Part shown: piece by piece, positions 50,026-56,741 of the stretch | Position numbering within the stretch: position 1 is the first letter of the stretch | How the letters are laid out: each line of letters starts with the position of its first letter | Assembly: GCA_964508175.1 (NCBI GenBank) | Contig: CAZDRU010000029.1 | Location: forward strand, 18,510-82,509 | Direction: 5' to 3' | Length of the DNA stretch: 64,000 bases | Source of the DNA: an uncultured Dehalococcoidia bacterium | GTDB taxonomy: Bacteria; Chloroflexota; Dehalococcoidia; Lucifugimonadales; CAZDRU01 | Program-made: the position numbers and the translations under genes | Notes under the pieces: model-generated | The model's database searches: none | Told to the model about the DNA's origin: nothing | The model's input: only the letters and a program-made list of their open reading frames with translations

Positions 50026-50664
50026 TTGGAAATTACATGGATTACTGAAAATTGCTTTTTAATAACCTCTGAAGACCTTTCTATTATCACCGATCCAGAC
50101 CCAAAAACAAATATTGATAAAGTAATTGCTCCTCATCAGGGGAAAAATAGTATAGTGACTACGAGCAACAAAACTATTGCTGGGCTAATTGAAGAACGAT
50201 CTTTTCTAAAACCAGATTATATCCTATCAGGTCCCGGATATTACGAATTATTTTCATCTCCCATCGAAGGATTATCTACAATACCAGCTCCAGAAGAAAT
50301 TGAACCAGAACAAAATATCTTATATAAATTCAAAATAGAAGATATATCAATACTTCATTTAGGCAATATTCAATCATCATTAAAACCGGGACAAATAGAA
50401 GAATTATCACCCGTTGATATTGTTTTACTACCTGCTAAAAACACTCTTATAGAACTAGAATTAGCTCAATTCATACAAAAAATTGAAGCAAAACTTATTA
50501 TTCCAATTGACACTAGTGAAGAATCAAATAAAACAACAAACGTCCTAAGAGAATTAGGAGCAATTGTTATTGAACCTAGAAATAAACTTAATCTTAAAAA
50601 GAATTCGTTGAAAGAAAATCTTCAAATACCGTTATTAATACCGCAATTCAATAACCTAAGTTAA
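50026..50664 (+). CDS. MBL-fold (UPF0173/Lactamase_B_3)-like protein with degenerate metal-binding motifs
   Basis: AGGAGA 7 nt before the TTG start. MEITWITENCFLITSEDLSIITDP mirrors the family start MkItwlGHscfli..g..iliDP, but the GH, HxHxDH and later His positions are replaced (TE; APHQGKN; HLGN; IPID). Confidence 0.45.
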   Translation: MEITWITENCFLITSEDLSIITDPDPKTNIDKVIAPHQGKNSIVTTSNKTIAGLIEERSFLKPDYILSGPGYYELFSSPIEGLSTIPAPEEIEPEQNILYKFKIEDISILHLGNIQSSLKPGQIEELSPVDIVLLPAKNTLIELELAQFIQKIEAKLIIPIDTSEESNKTTNVLRELGAIVIEPRNKLNLKKNSLKENLQIPLLIPQFNNLS

Positions 50665-50668
50665 GATT

Positions 50669-51334
50669 TTACTCTTTCACTCCTCGTTTTTTTAAACTAT
50701 AGAACAAAAAAGTTAGTCCTAATAATAAAATAGTTAAACCTATATAAGGAATAATTTGAACAGTTCTTTTAACAATGGGATCTCCCACTATAGGAAGAGA
50801 TGGAGTAGGTGTAGGAGTTGCTATTACCATTGGTGTTGGTGTTGGTGTTGGAATTGGCGTTGGTGTTGGAATTAAAGGAATTGATTGAAAATGCAAATCA
50901 AAGTCATTCCTTACATCAAAAACCCACCTATTCGCTTTTAAAATTAAAGTTCCATTATAAACATCTATTTCATCAGCACTTATACTAGTTGAACCAGCAG
51001 TAACATGAAAAGTAATTAATCCTCCTTTTAATTCAGGCGGAGCTGATACTGAAAGAGAAAAATATGTTCCATCTTCTTTAACACGTACTTTTTCAGTAAC
51101 TTGACCTGTATCTTCACAAGTTTTAACACAAGCAAAAACATCTAAAATAATTTTATTATCTGTTAATAGTTGTTGAACAGTTGGATCTTCAAAAATTACC
51201 TTTCCACTATAAAAAACAGGCATTGTGGGAACAGACGTCTGAGTAAATCCTTTTTCTTGAGTAACAAACATAACTCCTATAAGGCTAAAAAGAAAAATCA
51301 ATAAAAGAACTGGGATTTTTTTTATGATAATCAT
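50669..51334 (-). CDS. exported protein: N-terminal signal/anchor, beta-rich domain, Pro-Thr linker, C-terminal TM helix and basic tail
   Basis: MIIIKKIPVLLLIFLFSLIGVMFV...; domain with FYSGKVIF...GTYFSLSV...GGLITFHV; linker IPTPTPIPTPTPTPMVIATPTPTPS; C-terminus IIPYIGLTILLLGLTFLFYSLKKRGVKE. Confidence 0.6.
   Translation of the reverse strand: MIIIKKIPVLLLIFLFSLIGVMFVTQEKGFTQTSVPTMPVFYSGKVIFEDPTVQQLLTDNKIILDVFACVKTCEDTGQVTEKVRVKEDGTYFSLSVSAPPELKGGLITFHVTAGSTSISADEIDVYNGTLILKANRWVFDVRNDFDLHFQSIPLIPTPTPIPTPTPTPMVIATPTPTPSLPIVGDPIVKRTVQIIPYIGLTILLLGLTFLFYSLKKRGVKE
50801..50873 (-). repeat. tandem imperfect hexanucleotide (GGTGTT/GGAGTA-type) repeat encoding the (Pro-Thr)n linker
   Basis: Top strand reads tggagtaggtgtaggagttgctattaccattggtgttggtgttggtgttggaattggcgttggtgttggaatt. 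Confidence 0.85.
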
Positions 51335-51394
51335 TACGGCAATTATAAACCATTTAACTCTATTAATTGAATAGTTTTAGTAAAAGATTTTGAT

Positions 51395-51434
51395 AAAAGA
51401 AAAGCCCCCTTGTAAAAAGGAGGCTTTTCTTTTT
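51395..51434 (-). terminator. Rho-independent (bidirectional-shaped) terminator downstream of the large surface-protein gene
   Basis: Stem AAAAGAAAAGCCCCCT / AGGAGGCTTTTCTTTT with one mismatch, 7-nt loop TGTAAAA, and T-tracts on both strands. Lies 27 nt after the stop at 51461. Confidence 0.65.
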
Positions 51435-51460
51435 AATTAGGTTATTTTAACTACTAAACC

Positions 51461-54400
51461 TTACGGAACAAGTGTTCCTTTCTCAGTCATGTAGACCCAA
51501 TATCCTCGACCAACCTGGACTTCGTCATCGACTCCGTCACCTTCGTGGTCAAGAGTACTAACTTGGTCACCAGCATCAGCAGCGCTTTGGATTTTAATCC
51601 AAGCATTAGTCTGAGTATTCCAAGTCATAGCGGCAACTACGCTGTCGCTTACACTATTGAAATAGGTGTCAAGATCTATACCTGTATTCTCAGCACTTGT
51701 ACCAACATCAATAACTGGTACTAAGTTCCATCCTTTATTCAAGGAAACTGTATCAGGCAATTGCAAGAAACCTGCTTTAGGAATATCTACAGAAACTGTA
51801 ACAAAACCACTAGATTGTACAAAATAGGCTTGTCCAGATTTAACTGCAGACAAATTACCTTCTAGTAATCCAGAAGATGCATTTCTCTGTGCAGATTGCC
51901 ATGAAGCTCCTGAGCTAGCAGGATCAAAAGTTGCTACGAGTTCAATAGCTGCGTCGCTAAAGACATCGTTAACAGCTGATGAAGAAGGAGTTCCAGGTAC
52001 TGAAACTAAGTTCATTCCTGGGATTAAGCTCTTTGTCCATTCCGGACGAGCTATAATCTCAAACGCATAGTCGTAACTTGTAGCTTCTGTTGCTCCAGCA
52101 GCACTACCAATGTTTCCAGCATCATCTGAAGCTGTGACTTTCAACGTGTAAGTACCCGTTGCTAGTCCAAGTCCAGCTGCTGCTAGTATGTAATCATTGG
52201 TTGAACCTGTCTTCAACTGAATGTTAGAAAGAACATCAGTCGAAACATCACTAGAATCAACTATAGCTGCGGTAGTTACAGTAACTGCGCCGTGACTATC
52301 GTTAACATATTCTGAAGCCTCTCCACCAAAGGTTACTTCGATAAATGGAGTAGTACTATCAGTTTTTGCTGAACTACTTTCTGGCCTTAATGTAAATGTA
52401 GGATTTGCTCCGTTGTTCAAAACAACGTCAAATTCAAACAATTGTCCGCCATCATCAACTGCACCGTCAGCGTTTGTGTCTATACCTGTATCAACAACAC
52501 CTGAAGTAGCAGCATTTGAAGCAGCATCTGTCAATGCTACATAAACACCAGCTTGTTTACCATTTCCAACAGCAGCCAATGTGGAAGTTGCTATATCAAC
52601 TTGCCAATTGGTTGTTGAAAGAGTAGATACACTACTAGTTAAAGCTGTAGCGTTAAGAGATCCAAATTGAGTTCCTGCAGTATTTGCATCAGTATCACCT
52701 GTGTAATATCCACGAACTGTAGGTGTTCCTGCAGCTTCTGAAGACGTAATGTCAACAGTTACTGTTGCATTAGTTGCAGAAGAATTACAGTCACCAGCTC
52801 CACACTTAATAGTTATAACAGGAGCAAGAGCATCTATAGCTGTAACAGCGTCTGCTGAAGTTGATACGGAGTTACCCGCAGTATCTTTAACAGAACCTGA
52901 AACGCTAACTGAAGGAGTAGCATCTGTAGCTAAAGCGGAAGAAAGTGTAAGTAAAACAACTTCTCCTGCATTACCTGAAGCATCGTTACCTAACGCTGCG
53001 GCAGATACGGTAGCACCAGATACTGTAAAGTCACCTGCTGAGATTGTAGCTGCATCAAGAGGAGCTCTATTAGGAGAAGCAGCTCCACCAAGATCAAATC
53101 CAATACTCAACGAAGTTGTAGCTTCTACATCAGCTTCTAAATTACTAGTATCAGCATTAAGCTTTCCACCAGTTTTGACTTCTGCAGCAACAATTGTAGG
53201 TGCTGCTGTATCAATTGTATAAGCAAATGGAGAAGCAGGAGTTGTTGTTCCTGTTCCTGAACCACTTACAGCATCATCGCCTGAAACAACTACAGTATTA
53301 CCTACAGCATCAGTAGCAGTAACCCACCATTGGGTTTTACCTTCTGATTGTGCAGCTAACTGTCGAAGCAAGCTAACTTTTGCATTATTTACTTTAAGAG
53401 CGGTAGGTCCAACTAAACCAAGGTTAGCAGTTTGTGCTGTACCTGCGCTAGCTGAAGGACCTTGAATATACATTGTTGAAGTAGCAACGTCATTTGAAGT
53501 CTCAAGACCTGAAGAATTGCCACCGACAACAGCAGCGTCTTCAACGTGTACTTCGAGTTTTGGTGCAGTAGTATTCAAATAGTCAGCTGAAGGGCTAACT
53601 TTTGTAATAGTAGGTGCACTAAGATCAATATAAGCGTTTGCGGTTACTGAAGCTGCAGGACTTGCGTCTGCATAATTCACAGTTAAAGTAGCGCCATCAT
53701 TAACAAAAACACGTTTTACCGCACCTGTGAAAGAATAAGCATCACTAGCATCCCAATCGTTCTCAGTTCCGCCTGATAATGTACAAGTTACGGTTGTTGC
53801 AGTAACTCCAGTAATCGTACAACTTGAACCATCAGTACCGTTTGCAACGGTATCACCAGGTCGAACTCCACCTGCTAAGAAACCTGCTGCACTATCAGTT
53901 AAAGCAGATGCATTAGCACTACCTGTGCTGGTACCTGTAATAGGTGCCAAACCACCTGAACCAAAAATTTCGGTTCCGGTCTTGCCATGATGTGCCACAG
54001 CGTCTGTCAACTGTACTGTTTCAGTAAATGAACCTGAAGTAGCTGAAGTTTCAGCTGGTGAAAGAGCAACACTACTACCAGCAGCAGTACTATTAATAGT
54101 AACTTTGTCACTTATAGTATCTGCTTGACCATATTGATAACGAGCTGCTACTGTACGTAATTCTTGTATCTGTACAGCGAAACTACCACTAGCATGGTCA
54201 ACTGAGAAAGTAAGAGTTCCTGCTTTCCAATATTTCGTAGAAATACCGTCATTAGCTATAGTATTGGTTGTTCCATTTGAAGTGAGTGAAGTATCACTAG
54301 CAGCAATAACTTCAGTGTCACTAGCTGTCTCAGCAAGTGTTGTAGGATTAACTGATGTACCACCAATGGTTATTCCACCAGTTCCTGTTGCACCTGAAGA

Positions 54401-54961
54401 GTCAGCAGAAATAACAACCTGTACTTTAGCTACATTACTAATAGCAGTACTCATACTTTGAGAAACAACATCAGCCGAAACTGTTGCTGCACTCGATAAT
54501 AAGTTTCCTACAGCTGTACCAGTTGTAGCTGCACTAAGTGTAACTGCACCAGTAGCTGCGGAAGTTCCAGCTGCTATAAAGCTTGTCGAAGCAGACTGTA
54601 ACTGCCTTATTAATAAAGCGTCAGGAATATCATCTGCATTTTCATCTTGTATATTTGTATGAGGTAGTTGATAACTAGCTGATCCTCCTACTCCTATCAA
54701 GACACAACTAAAATTAGATAATGCCGTATCAGAACATGTTCCTGACAATGAAGCAAGAGTTTGTTCATCAGCATCTCCAATAGTAATTACTGGGGCGTCC
54801 TTGCCCGAAACTAAAGAATACCAAGAATTGCCAGCATTCGCTGTAGCATTAGAAAAACTAACGGTACCTGCAGTAGCAGCACCGGTAGGTAAAACAGCAA
54901 ATAGGCTCACCATTATCGCAATGGCTCCTAATATCCCTATATATTTAAGTTTGGTACTCAC
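51461..54961 (-). CDS. large secreted Ala/Thr/Ser/Gly-rich Ig-repeat surface protein, candidate S-layer protein
   Basis: Start reassigned to GTG 54959-54961, 6 nt after a perfect AAGGAGG (54968-54974); the track start TTG 54979 lies inside that SD. Signal peptide MSTKLKYIGILGAIAIMVSLFAVLPTGAATA. Repeated modules start D-x-x-AP-x-I (IDLSAPTI, IDTAAPTI, IDALAPVI) and end tD-x-aGN (TDAVGN, KDTAGN, SDDAGN). No TM anchor. Confidence 0.65.
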   Translation of the reverse strand: MSTKLKYIGILGAIAIMVSLFAVLPTGAATAGTVSFSNATANAGNSWYSLVSGKDAPVITIGDADEQTLASLSGTCSDTALSNFSCVLIGVGGSASYQLPHTNIQDENADDIPDALLIRQLQSASTSFIAAGTSAATGAVTLSAATTGTAVGNLLSSAATVSADVVSQSMSTAISNVAKVQVVISADSSGATGTGGITIGGTSVNPTTLAETASDTEVIAASDTSLTSNGTTNTIANDGISTKYWKAGTLTFSVDHASGSFAVQIQELRTVAARYQYGQADTISDKVTINSTAAGSSVALSPAETSATSGSFTETVQLTDAVAHHGKTGTEIFGSGGLAPITGTSTGSANASALTDSAAGFLAGGVRPGDTVANGTDGSSCTITGVTATTVTCTLSGGTENDWDASDAYSFTGAVKRVFVNDGATLTVNYADASPAASVTANAYIDLSAPTITKVSPSADYLNTTAPKLEVHVEDAAVVGGNSSGLETSNDVATSTMYIQGPSASAGTAQTANLGLVGPTALKVNNAKVSLLRQLAAQSEGKTQWWVTATDAVGNTVVVSGDDAVSGSGTGTTTPASPFAYTIDTAAPTIVAAEVKTGGKLNADTSNLEADVEATTSLSIGFDLGGAASPNRAPLDAATISAGDFTVSGATVSAAALGNDASGNAGEVVLLTLSSALATDATPSVSVSGSVKDTAGNSVSTSADAVTAIDALAPVITIKCGAGDCNSSATNATVTVDITSSEAAGTPTVRGYYTGDTDANTAGTQFGSLNATALTSSVSTLSTTNWQVDIATSTLAAVGNGKQAGVYVALTDAASNAATSGVVDTGIDTNADGAVDDGGQLFEFDVVLNNGANPTFTLRPESSSAKTDSTTPFIEVTFGGEASEYVNDSHGAVTVTTAAIVDSSDVSTDVLSNIQLKTGSTNDYILAAAGLGLATGTYTLKVTASDDAGNIGSAAGATEATSYDYAFEIIARPEWTKSLIPGMNLVSVPGTPSSSAVNDVFSDAAIELVATFDPASSGASWQSAQRNASSGLLEGNLSAVKSGQAYFVQSSGFVTVSVDIPKAGFLQLPDTVSLNKGWNLVPVIDVGTSAENTGIDLDTYFNSVSDSVVAAMTWNTQTNAWIKIQSAADAGDQVSTLDHEGDGVDDEVQVGRGYWVYMTEKGTLVP

Positions 54962-55148
54962 GTTATACCTCCTTACCAAATCATTAAACGATTCACTGAT
55001 CGTTTTCTTTTTAAGTTTAAGTGAGTGATGTTTGTCATATTTTTTATATTTTATTTATACTTTTATTATTAATTTACCTTGGCAAAAATGCCTATGGGAC
55101 AAAACCCATATATAATTTCGACTTCTAAATTCGTAATACTTATATGTA

Positions 55149-55181
55149 CACCTCCTGTAATTTTGCGATTATTTCGCAAAA
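55149..55181 (-). promoter_or_regulatory. 5'-UTR element: stem-loop followed by an orphan perfect Shine-Dalgarno (AGGAGGTG) with no canonical start codon after it
   Basis: Minus strand reads TTTTGCGA-AATAA-TCGCAAAA (55161-55181), then attac, then AGGAGGTG (55149-55156). This is about 190 nt upstream of the real start. The next ATG/GTG/TTG in suitable spacing is absent (an ATA follows). Confidence 0.4.
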
Positions 55182-55293
55182 AAATCAGTAAATACCCTAA
55201 AGCATAACCGTATAAAAAGATGCCAAGAGATGCATATTAATAACATAAACCCTTGGTCTTATGCCTGTTGGTAATTAATAATTCTATTAATGA

Positions 55294-55322
55294 ATGATAC
55301 ATAGTCAAAAGTGCCTTGTCAA
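55294..55322 (-). promoter_or_regulatory. sigma70-like promoter candidate for the surface-protein gene
   Basis: Minus strand TTGACA (55317-55322), 17 nt, TATCAT (55294-55299). Implies a leader of about 320 nt. Confidence 0.4.
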
Positions 55323-55404
55323 TACTATTAAATTCAATTTAATGGCCTTTTTTCTCACATTTTTTTTCTTTTTTTATATTTTTTTTATATTTTACTAAAT
55401 ATTT

Positions 55405-56703
55405 CTATTTTGAGTTGTTTGGGGAATTTAAATGTTCAAGATACAATGAATTGTTTTTTGATTTCCCAACAGTTTCAAGAACTTTCATAGTTGCATCGCT
55501 AGCATTTTGTTTTTGCTCAGAATTCAAAAGTCCAACCATTCTACGCAAAAGCATAATTTGCGAATATGTCTTGGATTCATAAAGTAAATCTTCTCGCCGA
55601 GTTCCACTGCGTTGAATATCAATAGCAGGGAAAATACGTCGTTCTGCCATTTTTCTCTCCAAATGCAATTCAAGATTACCGGTTCCTTTAAATTCTTCGT
55701 AAATAACATCATCCATACGACTACCAGTATCAACAAGACATGTAGCAACAATTGTCAAACTCCCCCCATTTTCTACATTTCGTGCTGCTCCAAAAAAACG
55801 TTTCGAGGGATATAACGCAACTGGATCTATACCTCCAGACAAAGTCCTGCCACTAGATGGAACTGCTAAATTATACGCTCTTGTTAAGCGAGTTATACTA
55901 TCAAGTAAAATCATCACATCTTCACCATTTTCAACTTGTCTTTTAGCTCGCTCTAAAGCTAACTCTGCAACTCGACATTGATCTTCTACCGATTCATCAA
56001 AAGTAGAACTAAAAACTTCCCCTTTAACTGATCGAGTCATATCGGTTACTTCTTCAGGTCGTTCTCCTATAAGAACAACCATTAATTTAATATCTGGACA
56101 ATTTTCAGTAGTACCAGCGGCAATATCTTTCAGAACAGTTGTCTTTCCTGCCTTAGGAGGAGAAACAATCATACCTCTTTGTCCACGTCCTATAGGAGAA
56201 AACAAATCTATCATTCTTGCTGTTAACTTTGTAGGTGCTGTTTCAAGTTTTATATGAGTATCCGGAAAAACAGGGACTACTTTTTCAAAAGATACTCTTT
56301 TTCTAGTCTCTAGTGGAGAATTACCATTTATTTCCTGAGCTTTGACTAATCCAAAATATCGTTCTCCTTCTTTAGGAGGTCTAACTTGTCCTTGAACAAA
56401 ATCTCCGCTTTTCAATCCAACTCTTCGAATTTGGGTTTGCGAAACATAAACATCTCCAGGATTTGCCCTCGCTCCTCCTTGTCTAAGAAAACCATACCCG
56501 TCAGACATAATTTCAAGCAACCCAGATCCAGACAATGGTTTATTCTCAGATGCAATTCTAAGAATTTTATGTGCAATTTCTTCAGTTTTTATATTTTCTA
56601 ACGCAGCAGAATCCATATCCATTTCTTCAGCTAAAGACAATAATCCTTGTCTATCTCTATTGGTAACGTCAGATATATTTATTATTTCAGTTTTTTGTTT
56701 CAC
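55405..56703 (-). CDS. rho: transcription termination factor Rho
   Basis: N-terminal Rho_N, cold-shock-like RNA-binding domain (GYGFLR), Walker A GRGQRGMIVSPPKAGKT, C-terminal RRIFPAIDIQRSGTRRE. GTG start. Confidence 0.95.
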   Translation of the reverse strand: MKQKTEIINISDVTNRDRQGLLSLAEEMDMDSAALENIKTEEIAHKILRIASENKPLSGSGLLEIMSDGYGFLRQGGARANPGDVYVSQTQIRRVGLKSGDFVQGQVRPPKEGERYFGLVKAQEINGNSPLETRKRVSFEKVVPVFPDTHIKLETAPTKLTARMIDLFSPIGRGQRGMIVSPPKAGKTTVLKDIAAGTTENCPDIKLMVVLIGERPEEVTDMTRSVKGEVFSSTFDESVEDQCRVAELALERAKRQVENGEDVMILLDSITRLTRAYNLAVPSSGRTLSGGIDPVALYPSKRFFGAARNVENGGSLTIVATCLVDTGSRMDDVIYEEFKGTGNLELHLERKMAERRIFPAIDIQRSGTRREDLLYESKTYSQIMLLRRMVGLLNSEQKQNASDATMKVLETVGKSKNNSLYLEHLNSPNNSK

Positions 56704-56741
56704 ATTTAACCTCTACTTTAAATTAATTATTTTTTCGTATT

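Noticed and set aside
50669-50830. LPXTG-type sortase signal at the C-terminus of the 221-aa protein (SLPIVGD + TM + KKRGVKE)
   Set aside because: The layout resembles a sorting signal, but LPIVG does not fit LPXTG/LAXTG or PEP-CTERM/PGF-CTERM consensus, and no sortase or exosortase gene is in the window. I treat it as a plain C-terminal TM anchor.
50801-50873. Short tandem repeats considered as a CRISPR or non-coding microsatellite
   Set aside because: The period is 6 nt, there are no spacers, and the repeats lie in frame inside a CDS, where they encode the Pro-Thr linker.
52749-53222. 157-aa ORF on the + strand inside the large surface-protein gene (also 54264-54461 and 54801-55028)
   Set aside because: Antisense shadow of a GC-richer, Ala/Thr/Ser-rich gene. 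The translation is low-complexity Ala/Ser/Val/Pro, with no RBS and no independent support.
55069-55143. 24-codon ORF (ISITNLEVEIIYGFCPIGIFAKVN) directly after the orphan AGGAGGTG in the surface-gene leader
   Set aside because: It would need an ATA start codon, and no ATG/GTG/TTG is in range. It is more parsimoniously part of a structured untranslated leader. I mention it only as a caveat to the STAB-SD idea.
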